This document shows positions 25,472 to 35,262 of a stretch of 64,000 bases of DNA, in pieces. Position 1 is the first letter of the stretch; each line of letters opens with the position of its first letter. The stretch covers positions 4,044-68,043 of the forward strand of contig CAJMGO010000004.1 of the NCBI GenBank assembly GCA_905212975.1, given 5' to 3'. The DNA is from an uncultured Bacillota bacterium (GTDB taxonomy: Bacteria; Bacillota_I; Bacilli_A; RF39; UBA660). A program made the position numbers and the translations under genes. The notes under the pieces are model-generated. The model did no database searches, was not told the origin of the DNA, and worked only from the letters and a program-made list of their open reading frames with translations.

Positions 25472-26083
25472 TGTTATATTATTTTCATATATATATTTTG
25501 ATATTTTTCCAACATATCTATAATGCCAAGGCTCATATTTAAATCCAGTTATATATTCTTTATCTTTAGGATATCTTAATATAAAACCATATTTATAAGC
25601 ATTTTCTTTTACCCAATTAAATTCAATAGAGTCTCCAAATAAATTATAATCATTATTACTTCCCATTATATCAACAGAAAGCCCTGTTTGATGTTCAGAA
25701 TGGCCTGGTCTTGCTGAACATTTATCAGCATATTCATATCCTTTTTCTTTTACATAATGTTCATATAATTTTTCCTGATATGAATAACTTCTGTATGCTG
25801 ATACAGCAATAATTTTATAACCATCTTTAAGAGCAGATTTAGCCATATCTTCAAATGCTAAAGCAGCTTTTTTTTCCATATATTTATCATCAAATGCGTA
25901 ATTTATATCTAACTTTTTTAAATCAGGAATAAAATTACTTCCAATGCGATTATTTTTATTTATAAGAGTTGTATAACTTATACTATCAATAGATTTTATA
26001 TTATGGTAAAAAAGGGGATTAGGAGTTATTTCATCTCCTATAAAAAGTAAGATAAATATAATTATAGTTATATATTTTTTCAT
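25436..26083 (-). CDS. D-alanyl-D-alanine carboxypeptidase, VanY/M15B family
   Basis: Signal or TM N-terminus. SAYRSYSYQEKLY, GHSEHQTGLSVDI, EPWHYRYVG (Zn-binding H-D-H arrangement of M15B). Confidence 0.8.
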   Translation of the reverse strand: MKKYITIIIFILLFIGDEITPNPLFYHNIKSIDSISYTTLINKNNRIGSNFIPDLKKLDINYAFDDKYMEKKAALAFEDMAKSALKDGYKIIAVSAYRSYSYQEKLYEHYVKEKGYEYADKCSARPGHSEHQTGLSVDIMGSNNDYNLFGDSIEFNWVKENAYKYGFILRYPKDKEYITGFKYEPWHYRYVGKISKYIYENNITLEEYFAFHKNS

Positions 26084-26127
26084 AAAAAAACACCACTATA
26101 TAATATGCTTTAGTGATGTTTTTGTTT

Positions 26128-27060
26128 CTATTTATTTTCTACATAATATGCATAATATTCATCAAAAGTTATATTCTCATCATGTATTTTTTTAGCAGCT
26201 TTAACGCCTACATATCTCCAGTGAGCATCATTTGCTTCATATCCTGTTATTTTAACTTTATCACTAGGGTATCTTAAAATAAATCCATATTTGTAAGCAT
26301 TAGCTTTCATCCAAGATAAAATATTTCCTTCTTCATCCAAATTAATATCTATAGAGTATCCTGATTGATAGTCTGAAAATCCTGGCTTTGAAATAGATGT
26401 ATCATCATCTTCACCACCTTGGTTATTCCATAGAGCTTCTTGATCAGCATAACTTCTATAACTTAATTTTATTAATATATTTAGATTTTCTTCATGAGCA
26501 TCATTATATAAATCAATAAATGCATTGTAGGCATCTTCTCTTAAGTAATTTGTTCCATAACAATACCAATTTTTTACCTCTACTAAATCATCAAATTCAA
26601 CATTTTCATCTAATTTAGTATGTTTATTTATTAGTATTAATTCTTTATCCTCTACATTTGAATTTTTATAATTTTCATAATTTTTTTCATTTTGACCTAC
26701 ATTAACAAGAGCGATAATATTAGAAAGTTTTTCTTTATCATGTTTTTTATAATAATCTAAATATGCATCCATATTATTTTCTATAAAATATTTCTCTTTA
26801 ATTAATTTATATGCGACTGGGTTATAGTCAGCTTTTAAAAGATATTCTATATATTTATCATCTAATTTTAGTATTTCAGTTACTTCTTTATCATTATATC
26901 CAACTTTTTTTAATTTATAATTATTACTTTGTTTTTTATTATGTATAGAAACAAATACATTAATTAGAATAATAATAATTATTATTGATACAAGAATACC
27001 AATTGCTTTATATAATACATCTTTTTTTATTTTTCTTCTTTTTACTATCATATATTTCAC
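26128..27060 (-). CDS. VanY/M15B-family peptidase paralogue with N-terminal TM anchor
   Basis: SYRSYADQEALW, GFSDYQSGYSIDI, DAHWRYVG. The first His of the metal triad appears replaced (SDYQSG). Confidence 0.65.
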   Translation of the reverse strand: MKYMIVKRRKIKKDVLYKAIGILVSIIIIIILINVFVSIHNKKQSNNYKLKKVGYNDKEVTEILKLDDKYIEYLLKADYNPVAYKLIKEKYFIENNMDAYLDYYKKHDKEKLSNIIALVNVGQNEKNYENYKNSNVEDKELILINKHTKLDENVEFDDLVEVKNWYCYGTNYLREDAYNAFIDLYNDAHEENLNILIKLSYRSYADQEALWNNQGGEDDDTSISKPGFSDYQSGYSIDINLDEEGNILSWMKANAYKYGFILRYPSDKVKITGYEANDAHWRYVGVKAAKKIHDENITFDEYYAYYVENK

Positions 27061-27150
27061 CTATAATAATTATACTATAAATAAAATAAAAAACAATTCC
27101 GAATATATATTTGCATTTTAGTAAATAATATATATATATGGAGGAATTAT

Positions 27151-27660
27151 ATGGAACTTTTATTTCTTTGTTTAAAAATATTTTTTGTTAGAATAATAGA
27201 TGTATCAATGGGAACAGTAGCGACTATATTAACTGTAAAAGGTAAAAAAATTTTAGCAAGTGTTATAGGATTTATTGAAATACTTTTATGGTTTTTAATA
27301 GTGAAAGAAGCACTAAATACAGATGAAACTAGTATTTTAATTGCTATATCATATGCTTTAGGTTTCGCAACAGGTACATATTTTGGTGGATATATATCAG
27401 AAAAATTTATAAGTGGTAATTTTGGTGTACAAGTTATAACTAGTAATAAAAAATTAATAAATATATTAAGAAAAGAAGGATTTGGATTAACAGCTATAGA
27501 TATATTAAGTGAAGATGAAGTAGAAAAATATATGTTATTTATTGAAATAGATAAAACTAAATTTATAAATCTTCGAAAAATTATAAAAAAATATGATAAA
27601 AATGCCTTTGTTGTAGTTAACGAAACTAAAGAAGTATATAATGGGTATTTTCAAAAATGA
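27151..27660 (+). CDS. UPF0316/DUF2179-family membrane protein
   Basis: 3 TM N-terminal half (RIIDVSMGTVATILTVKGKK..) plus a C-terminal DUF2179-like soluble domain ending VVNETKEVYNGYF. Confidence 0.7.
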   Translation: MELLFLCLKIFFVRIIDVSMGTVATILTVKGKKILASVIGFIEILLWFLIVKEALNTDETSILIAISYALGFATGTYFGGYISEKFISGNFGVQVITSNKKLINILRKEGFGLTAIDILSEDEVEKYMLFIEIDKTKFINLRKIIKKYDKNAFVVVNETKEVYNGYFQK

Positions 27661-27708
27661 TATAGATTTATTTTTAAATTAGTTGTATAATAGTCCTGAA
27701 GTGATGGT

Positions 27709-28713
27709 ATGAAGAAGAGAAAGAATAAGAAGAAAATTATAATATTTTTATTTATAATATTATTATTGATTTTATATTTAATTATTTTATTTTTAAATTA
27801 TAAGAATGCAATTAACTTAAAAAGAAAAGCAGATGAAGTGCTAATTACAGTAGATAAAGATTTATCTATTACAAAAAAGTATAATGAATGTATTACGAAG
27901 AAATACACCGAATCTGATATGACAGATGAAATAAAAAATAAGATAGAAGAAATAGATAAATATATAAAGGAAAATTATGAAGCAAGTGTGTATTATGAAG
28001 ATATTAATACTGGTTTTAAATATACTTATAATGAAAATACAGTTTACTATGGTGCAAGTTTGATTAAACTAGTTGAAGCTATGTATATTTTTGATGAAGC
28101 AGAAAAGGGTAATATAGATATAAATGATACATTAACGTATACAGCCAAATATAAAAAAGCTTATAGTGATGGTATGGAAAAGCATAAAATAGGTGATGAT
28201 GTATCTATAAAAGAATTAATAAGTTATGCTATTATGTATAGTGATAATAGTGCTCATTTTATGCTAAGTGATTATATAGGTACTGATAATCTTAAGGCTT
28301 ATGGTAAAAAATTAGGTGCTAAATATACATTGTATGGAACTGACACTTTTGGTTCACAAACAGCATATGATACTAATATATATTTGAAACATGCTAACGA
28401 AATAATAGAAAATAGTAAAGAATATGGACCACTTTTAAAACAATATATGATGAATACTTATTATAATTCTCTTTATTTAACTGATAAAGATAGCAATAAT
28501 GTAGCGCATAAATATGGATGGTATAGTTATTATTATCATGATATTGGAATAGTATATGAAACAAGACCTTATTATATATCAATTTTAACTTTGCATGGAA
28601 ATGATGATTATGAAAAAGTTGTTAGAAATATACATAAAAAAGTAAATGAATTACATCATCTATATTATAAAAATAGACAACAAGTATGTAAAGATAAAAT
28701 ATATGGTAATTAA
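27709..28713 (+). CDS. Class A beta-lactamase-like serine hydrolase (membrane-anchored)
   Basis: N-terminal TM. ASLIK (SxxK), YSDN (SDN), HKYGW (KTG-like). Function (beta-lactamase versus PG hydrolase) not resolvable. Confidence 0.6.
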   Translation: MKKRKNKKKIIIFLFIILLLILYLIILFLNYKNAINLKRKADEVLITVDKDLSITKKYNECITKKYTESDMTDEIKNKIEEIDKYIKENYEASVYYEDINTGFKYTYNENTVYYGASLIKLVEAMYIFDEAEKGNIDINDTLTYTAKYKKAYSDGMEKHKIGDDVSIKELISYAIMYSDNSAHFMLSDYIGTDNLKAYGKKLGAKYTLYGTDTFGSQTAYDTNIYLKHANEIIENSKEYGPLLKQYMMNTYYNSLYLTDKDSNNVAHKYGWYSYYYHDIGIVYETRPYYISILTLHGNDDYEKVVRNIHKKVNELHHLYYKNRQQVCKDKIYGN

Positions 28714-28748
28714 ATTAGTTAAAAATTAAAAGTTAACTAATTTTTTTT
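28713..28748 (+). terminator. Rho-independent terminator
   Basis: Perfect 10-bp stem AATTAGTTAA / TTAACTAATT followed by T8. Confidence 0.65.
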
Positions 28749-28782
28749 AATTTATAACATATTCTTTTATTAGAGGTGAATT

Positions 28783-29931
28783 ATGAAGAAAGTATTATGT
28801 TTCTTATGTTTGTTTTTTATTGCATTTAGTGTAAAAGCAGAAGAGTCAAAAGTAGATTATACTTTAGCTCAAAATGCAGAAAGTGCTATATTGATTGAGG
28901 CATCAACTGGTAAAATATTATTTGAAAAAAATTCTCATGAAAAATTATCTCCAGCTTCTATGACCAAAATGATGAGTATGCTTCTAGTAATGGAAGCAAT
29001 AGAAAATGATGTTATAAAATGGGATGATATTATTACTGTATCACAAAGAGCTTCTTCTATGGGAGGAAGTCAAATACTTCTTGAAGTTGGAGAAAAAATG
29101 AGCGTAGAAGATTTATTTAAAGGTGTTGCTGTGGGTAGTGCAAATGATGCTGTTGTAGCACTTTCAGAAGCTGTAGCTGGAAGTGTTGAAGAATTTGTAG
29201 AAATGATGAATAAAAGGGCAAGTGAATTAGGTTTAACAGATACAAATTTTAAAAATCCACATGGACTTGATGAAGTAAATCATTATTCTTCAGCGCATGA
29301 TATGTCCATTATAGCTCGTGAGTTATTAAAACATGAAAAAGTATTGGAGTTTTCATCAATATATGAAGATTATTTAAGAAAAGGTACTGATCGTGAATTT
29401 TGGTTAGTTAATACAAATAAACTTGTTAGATTTAATCCTATTGTGGATGGATTAAAAACTGGTTATACAAAAACTGCAGGATACTGTTTAACAGCTACAG
29501 CTAATAAGAATAATATGAGACTTATATCAGTAGTAATGAAAGAACCAGATACTACTACAAGAAATAGTGAAGTAACAGAAATGTTAGATTATGGATATGC
29601 TAAATATAAATTAGAAAAAGTTGTAGATAAAAATGATGTATTAAAAGAAATAAAAATCTCTAAAGCAAAAGATGAAACTGTAAAGATTGTACCAGTTAAT
29701 GATGTAAATATAATAATGAATAAATCTACGAAGCTTGGAAATATTACATATGATTTAAATATAAATAAAATAACTGTACCCACTAAAAAAGGTACATGTG
29801 TTGGAAAATTAAGTATAAAAGAAAACAATAAAATTGTTGATACTATTAATGTAACTATAAAAGAAGATGTAACTAAAGTAAATATATTTAAACTTTATTT
29901 AAGAACATTAAAAGATATTATTACAGGATAA
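28783..29931 (+). CDS. D-alanyl-D-alanine carboxypeptidase (PBP5/S11 family)
   Basis: Signal peptide. SPASMTKMM (SxxK), GSAND (SxN), LKTGYT (KTG), C-terminal PBP5_C-like domain. Confidence 0.9.
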   Translation: MKKVLCFLCLFFIAFSVKAEESKVDYTLAQNAESAILIEASTGKILFEKNSHEKLSPASMTKMMSMLLVMEAIENDVIKWDDIITVSQRASSMGGSQILLEVGEKMSVEDLFKGVAVGSANDAVVALSEAVAGSVEEFVEMMNKRASELGLTDTNFKNPHGLDEVNHYSSAHDMSIIARELLKHEKVLEFSSIYEDYLRKGTDREFWLVNTNKLVRFNPIVDGLKTGYTKTAGYCLTATANKNNMRLISVVMKEPDTTTRNSEVTEMLDYGYAKYKLEKVVDKNDVLKEIKISKAKDETVKIVPVNDVNIIMNKSTKLGNITYDLNINKITVPTKKGTCVGKLSIKENNKIVDTINVTIKEDVTKVNIFKLYLRTLKDIITG

Positions 29932-30027
29932 TATCTTTTTATAATACTTAGAATATTATTTTAGATATTTTTATCAATATAATGAATTATATGTTATAAT
30001 TATATATAGATTAGATAGAATAATTTG
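29910..30027 (+). repeat. Direct repeat copy A (terminator hairpin plus promoter cassette)
   Basis: AAAAGATATTAT-TACAGG-ATAATATCTTTT hairpin (includes the last codons and stop of the carboxypeptidase gene) plus ~85 nt carrying TGTTATAAT. About 95% identical by eye to 33400-33523. Confidence 0.8.
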
Positions 30028-30044
30028 AAAGTGAGACTTTTATT

Positions 30045-30698
30045 ATGAAGAAGAAAATAATAATCATTACTACTTTGATAATGTTAATATTAATAATTAT
30101 TATTTTATATACACTATATTATTTTAATTATATTCCACATAAAAAATATACAAATACAGATTTTAATATAAAAACTTATAAAAGCAATATTGATAAAGAT
30201 AATGACGGTATAGATGATCAAACAGATATATTAAATAATGCAAAAAATTATATAGAAAAAAAGCCTAAATATAGGAGTAAATATTATGAAACAGGTTATC
30301 CTGATGATGAATATGGAGTTTGTACTGATGTAGTAGCTTTTGCATTAAAAGATGCTGGATATGATTTAATGACCTTAGTAAATGAAGATATCAAAGCCAA
30401 TAAAGATTTATATGATATAAATGTTATTGATAAAAAAATAGACTTTAGAAGAGTTCAAAATTTAAAAATATATTTAGATAATAATGCTATAAGTCTTACT
30501 ACAGATATAAATAAAATAGATAAGTGGCAAGGTGGAGATATTGTTGTATTTAAAAAACATATCGGAATAGTGTCTGATAATAGAAATAAAAAAGGAATAA
30601 GTTTCATTATACATCATGCTAGTCCTTATCAAAGATATTATGAAGAAGATATTTTAGAATATAGAAAAGATATAGTTGGTCATTATAGAATTAGTTAA
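30045..30698 (+). CDS. DUF1287-family protein with N-terminal TM anchor
   Basis: GVCTDVVAFALKDAGYDL..IDFRRVQNL..GGDIVVF..HIGIVSD..IIHHAS follows the DUF1287 pattern. Confidence 0.7.
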   Translation: MKKKIIIITTLIMLILIIIILYTLYYFNYIPHKKYTNTDFNIKTYKSNIDKDNDGIDDQTDILNNAKNYIEKKPKYRSKYYETGYPDDEYGVCTDVVAFALKDAGYDLMTLVNEDIKANKDLYDINVIDKKIDFRRVQNLKIYLDNNAISLTTDINKIDKWQGGDIVVFKKHIGIVSDNRNKKGISFIIHHASPYQRYYEEDILEYRKDIVGHYRIS

Positions 30699-30743
30699 GA
30701 GTTTTAAAAAAATTAAAAAATAATAAATTGGAGATGGTGATAA

Positions 30744-33293
30744 ATGTATTCTAAAAGAAAAGAAGATATATTAAAAATTTTGAATAGTAATATTTCTGGA
30801 TTAGATAGTAAAGAAGCAAATAAAAGATTAAATGATTATGGAAAAAATATTATTTTAAATAAAAAGAGAAAACCATGGATTTTAAGATTTTTAAAACAAT
30901 TTAATGATACAATGATTATTATATTATTAGTAGTAGCATTGCTTTTATATTTTTATGGAATTTTCTATTCTCATGAGTATACTGATACTATTGTTATTCT
31001 TTTTGTAGTTTTTATAAATGCTATTGTTGGATTTGTACAAGAGGAAAAAGCAACATTAATATTAAATGATTTAAAAAAATATGAAACTAGTACTTGCAAA
31101 ATAAAAAGGGATAATAAAATTATTGTAATAAATACTAAAGAATTAGTTCCAGGAGATATAATCTATTTAGAATCTGGAGAAACAGTTCCTGCTGATATTA
31201 GAATATTATCTTGTGAAAATTTGAAAGTAGATGAATCTACTTTAACCGGAGAAAGTGTTCCTGTTTTAAAATGTGAAGATGTTTTAGAAGAAAATTTAAT
31301 TCTTCAAGAACAAAAAAACATGCTATTTTTAGAAACAAGCATTACAAGTGGAAAATGTACTGGTATAGTTGTAAGTACAGGAAAAAACAGTGAGATAGGC
31401 AAGATTGCATTATCACTTAATGAAGTTGATACATTAGAAACACCATTACAATTAAAAATAAAAGAGCTTTCTAAAAAGATAACAATAATAGTATTTATTA
31501 TTTTAATATTTATCTTTATTTTAGCTTTAATAAATAAGTATACAATACTTGAAATTATAATGCTATGTTCATCTCTTGCAGTAGCTGCTATTCCAGAAGG
31601 ATTACCAACTGTAATTACAATAACATTGTCCATTGGAATATCTAATTTAGCAAAAAAGAAAACAGTGGTAAAACAAATGCAAGCAGTAGAAACACTTGGA
31701 GCTATAGACATTATTTGCTCTGATAAAACTGGTACTATAACACAAAATAAAATGACTGTTAAAGAAGAATATGTGTTAGATGAAAATATGCTTAATTATA
31801 TATGTGCTCTTTGTAATGATGGCCTTATTTATAAAGATAAATATGTTGGTGATCCTACAGAAACATGTTTGTATGACTATCTATACAATAAAAAGATTGA
31901 TCCACTTAAATTAAGAAAAAAATGTAACAGAATATTAGATATACCATTTGATAGTGATAGAAAGATGTTTACTACCTTAAATAAAATAGATAATGATATA
32001 TATATATTATGTAAAGGTAGTATGGAATCTTTGATAGAAAAAGTAAATTTAACTAAAAGTGAGAAAAATGATATTTTAGATAAAGTTAAATGTTTATCTA
32101 AAGATGCTCTAAGGACTTTAGGATTTGCTTATAAAAAAATAGATTATATACCAAAAAATATTAAAGAGTTAGAAGAAGAGGAAAAAGATTTATCTTTTGC
32201 TGGTATTCTAGGAATGATAGATCCGCCTAGAAAAAGTGTTAAGAAAAGTGTCCTTTTATGTAAAAAAGCTGGAATTAGACCAATTATGATTACAGGAGAT
32301 TCTATAGATACAGCAACTGCTATTGCCAAAAATGTTGGAATAATAACTAATGATAATGAAGCAATAATTGGAAGTGAACTTGATAAATATAATGATAATG
32401 AATTAAAAGACATAGTAAAAAAATATTCAGTATATGCAAGAGTTAATCCATCACATAAACAAAGAATAGTTTTTGCTCTTCAAAATAGTGGAAAAATTGT
32501 AGCAATGACCGGAGATGGAGTAAATGATGCTCCAGCTATTAAAGATGCTCATGTTGGTGTAGGAATGGGTATTACTGGTACTGATGTTACAAAGTCAGCT
32601 TCTGACATAGTATTAATGGATGATTCTTTTTCAACAATAGTTGTAGCAGTTGAAGAGGGTAGAAGAATATATAATAATATCAGAAATAATATAGTATTTT
32701 CATTATCAAGTAATTTTGCTGAAATATTTACTATTATTATAGGGTTACTTACTAAAAAAACAATTTTATTGCCAATTTATATCTTATTTATTGATTTGGT
32801 AACAGATTCTATTCCAAGTATATGTTTATCTTTTGAAAAAAGTGAAAATGATATAATGAATAAAAAACCAAGAGGTATTGATAAACCATTATTTACATCT
32901 TTTATTAAATCTTGTATTGCATCTTCAGCTATAATAGAAACTGTATTTGTAGTTTTTACATATTTTATTAGTTTAAAAAATTATGGACAAGAAACAGCTA
33001 TGTCTTTAGCGCTTCTTTCAATGGTAATTCAAGAAATTGTTTATTCAATTTCTTGTAGAAATCTAAAACAATCAATTATTAAACAAGGAATATTTTCTAA
33101 TAAACCAATGAACTATGGAATATTATTGATACTTTTAATTGAACTTATAGTGTTTATTACTCCTATAGGTAAATTAATAAGTATTACATCAATAGATATT
33201 AGATTAATTTTAGCTGTATCTATCATAAATTTAATGTCAATATTTATTTATGAATTAATTAAACCATTATTAGTAAAATGGTTTAAAGATTAA
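30744..33293 (+). CDS. P-type ATPase, Ca2+/cation-transporting (P2 type)
   Basis: 849 aa. TGESVP, CSDKTGTITQN, MITGDS, TGDGVNDAPAIK, 10 TM layout, PEGLP in M4. Confidence 0.9.
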   Translation: MYSKRKEDILKILNSNISGLDSKEANKRLNDYGKNIILNKKRKPWILRFLKQFNDTMIIILLVVALLLYFYGIFYSHEYTDTIVILFVVFINAIVGFVQEEKATLILNDLKKYETSTCKIKRDNKIIVINTKELVPGDIIYLESGETVPADIRILSCENLKVDESTLTGESVPVLKCEDVLEENLILQEQKNMLFLETSITSGKCTGIVVSTGKNSEIGKIALSLNEVDTLETPLQLKIKELSKKITIIVFIILIFIFILALINKYTILEIIMLCSSLAVAAIPEGLPTVITITLSIGISNLAKKKTVVKQMQAVETLGAIDIICSDKTGTITQNKMTVKEEYVLDENMLNYICALCNDGLIYKDKYVGDPTETCLYDYLYNKKIDPLKLRKKCNRILDIPFDSDRKMFTTLNKIDNDIYILCKGSMESLIEKVNLTKSEKNDILDKVKCLSKDALRTLGFAYKKIDYIPKNIKELEEEEKDLSFAGILGMIDPPRKSVKKSVLLCKKAGIRPIMITGDSIDTATAIAKNVGIITNDNEAIIGSELDKYNDNELKDIVKKYSVYARVNPSHKQRIVFALQNSGKIVAMTGDGVNDAPAIKDAHVGVGMGITGTDVTKSASDIVLMDDSFSTIVVAVEEGRRIYNNIRNNIVFSLSSNFAEIFTIIIGLLTKKTILLPIYILFIDLVTDSIPSICLSFEKSENDIMNKKPRGIDKPLFTSFIKSCIASSAIIETVFVVFTYFISLKNYGQETAMSLALLSMVIQEIVYSISCRNLKQSIIKQGIFSNKPMNYGILLILLIELIVFITPIGKLISITSIDIRLILAVSIINLMSIFIYELIKPLLVKWFKD

Positions 33294-33399
33294 TAATTAT
33301 CTTTTTAATATTTAAATTAAATTTTATAAAATGAAATATAATTTTTGAATATACTAAAAGAATTTTATTCAAAATATGAAAGAATAAGTAATATAAAGT

Positions 33400-33523
33400 A
33401 AAAGATATTATTACAGGATAATATCTTTTTATAATACTTAGAATATTAATTTTAGATTTTTTATCAATATAATGAATTATATAGTATAATTATATATAGT
33501 ATAGATAGATAAATAGTAATTTG
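33400..33523 (+). repeat. Direct repeat copy B
   Basis: Same hairpin and promoter cassette as 29910-30027, with 2 single-nt indels, 2 substitutions and a 5-6-nt indel near the 3' end. Retains the KDIITG-stop codons without an upstream ORF. Confidence 0.8.
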
Positions 33524-33539
33524 TTTGTTAGGAGGAAAT

Positions 33540-34112
33540 ATGAAAAAGAAAGCAATTATAGTTTTAATGACCGTTGCACTAATTATAAGTTGCATCATAA
33601 TATTATTTTTATTAAACAGAAAATACTCATATGAAGATGAGAACACATTGTATTATATAGAATTTAAAAACGAAATATTGAGATTTGAAAGATATGATTA
33701 TTCAACAGGCCAAAATCAAGTTGTCGTTGTTCAAAAAAGTACTGATAAAGGAAAAACTTTTGAAAATGTAACAAAAGAACCAATAATATTAAGTATGGAA
33801 CCTAAATTAATTTTTTTAGATAAAAATTTAGGATTTGCAATTGCTAAATCAAACTTAACAAAGAACAATGATTATATGGGATTTAAAGTAACACAAGATG
33901 GTGGCAAAAGTTTTATAAATAGTAAAATAAACTACTATAATCCTAATATTGAAATTTTAACGGTGGAATCAACACCATATTTTGAAAATGATGTTTTGAA
34001 AGTTAAATGTTCAATTTATCAAGTTAGAGAAGATAAAAATGGATATGAAGATGTAGAATTAATATTCATAAGTATTGATAATGGATTAAGTTGGGATTTA
34101 GATGACAAATAG
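33540..34112 (+). CDS. Membrane-anchored BNR/Asp-box repeat protein
   Basis: TAGGAGG SD before ATG 33540. N-terminal TM. Three Asp-box-like motifs: STDKGKTF, TQDGGKSF, SIDNGLSW. Confidence 0.55.
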   Translation: MKKKAIIVLMTVALIISCIIILFLLNRKYSYEDENTLYYIEFKNEILRFERYDYSTGQNQVVVVQKSTDKGKTFENVTKEPIILSMEPKLIFLDKNLGFAIAKSNLTKNNDYMGFKVTQDGGKSFINSKINYYNPNIEILTVESTPYFENDVLKVKCSIYQVREDKNGYEDVELIFISIDNGLSWDLDDK

Positions 34113-34136
34113 TAATTGTAAAGTGAGGTAAATATT

Positions 34137-34521
34137 ATGTGACAGAATATAGAACAAGAAATTCAAAACTGTAAAAAAATGGTAAAATTACAATTTTTAT
34201 TATTTGTGCTTTAATTATGATTTTAGTTTTCTGTTTCATTTTATTTAAATCATTTATTGTTGAACTTGCAAAAAAAGACTATTATTATATTGGTATTACG
34301 GAAAATAATAGAAGTAAAATAATAGAATTATTAGAAGAAAGAAATATAGAATATTGTGAATCAATTTACAAGATTGAATTTATGTAAAATTTACCAGATG
34401 ATAAAAGTGGAGAAATTTATTGTTTAGATAAAAAAATATTTATTTTATTATTGATGATTCGATGATGAAAAATGATTTAGTAGATTATATTAAAAATAAT
34501 GGTGTACATACAAAAGAATAA
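34137..34521 (+). pseudogene. Degraded small membrane-protein gene
   Basis: GTGAGG SD then ATG followed at once by TGA. Downstream coding-like frame (..GKITIFIICALIMILVFCFILFKSF..NIEYCESIYKIEFM*) is broken by an in-frame TAA (34384-34386) and a frameshift before ..DDSMMKNDLVDYIKNNGVHTKE*. Confidence 0.45.
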
Positions 34522-34548
34522 ATTGCAATTTACTAAATAGGAGGAAGT

Positions 34549-35118
34549 ATGAAAAAGAAACTTTTAATTATTTTAGGATTTATATTAGTGATTTTGATAG
34601 TTGCAGGATTTGTTACAAGTTATATTGATAGTGCAAGAGTTAGAAATAGTGTTGAACCAAAGTTTACAATCAAAATAGTAAGCGAAGATGGAAAGAAGGT
34701 TACATATTGGGGATTAGGATATAAAGTTGTTCTATATCCAAGTGTTAGTCCGAACGAACCATTTAAAAATAATCGTGGTGTAAAGTATGGTAGTTGGTTT
34801 ATGAAATATAGCTTAGATAGATATGATGAAATCAGAGATGAAATAGATAAAGAACTAGAAAAATATATGAGTCTTGTTAGTCCAAATTGTCAACAAGGAA
34901 ATGGTGGTCAATTAATTACTCATGAAACTCTAGTGTTTAATGGTGGAATGGATAAGGATGTGTTGTTAGATATAGATAATGAATCATATTGTGGTTTATA
35001 TGTAAAAACATCTTGTCCAAAAGATGGAATAAATGAATGGAAAATATATCTAAGTTGTAATGACTATGAAGATGAAGAATATATAGAGTGGGCAAAAAAA
35101 TTTGAGCCAAAGAAATAA
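34549..35118 (+). CDS. Hypothetical membrane-anchored/secreted protein
   Basis: AGGAGG SD. N-terminal TM (LLIILGFILVILIVAGFV). 189 aa, no recognised motif. Confidence 0.5.
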   Translation: MKKKLLIILGFILVILIVAGFVTSYIDSARVRNSVEPKFTIKIVSEDGKKVTYWGLGYKVVLYPSVSPNEPFKNNRGVKYGSWFMKYSLDRYDEIRDEIDKELEKYMSLVSPNCQQGNGGQLITHETLVFNGGMDKDVLLDIDNESYCGLYVKTSCPKDGINEWKIYLSCNDYEDEEYIEWAKKFEPKK

Positions 35119-35262
35119 AAACAAATTACAATTTATCTAATTGTTCGTAATATAATAATATAACAAACATTCAAGCAGAAAAATCTGCTTTTTTTATTTT
35201 GTAACTTAGTTGTAACATTGATTATAATATAATGTTATTGTGAAAAGGAGGAATTGTTAGTT

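Noticed and set aside
25436-28713. VanY-type and beta-lactamase-like genes, considered as an acquired antibiotic-resistance cluster.
   Set aside because: There are no vanHAX/vanRS genes, no blaR/blaI genes and no mobile-element signatures. The composition is identical to the surroundings. The genes are more consistent with intrinsic peptidoglycan remodelling.
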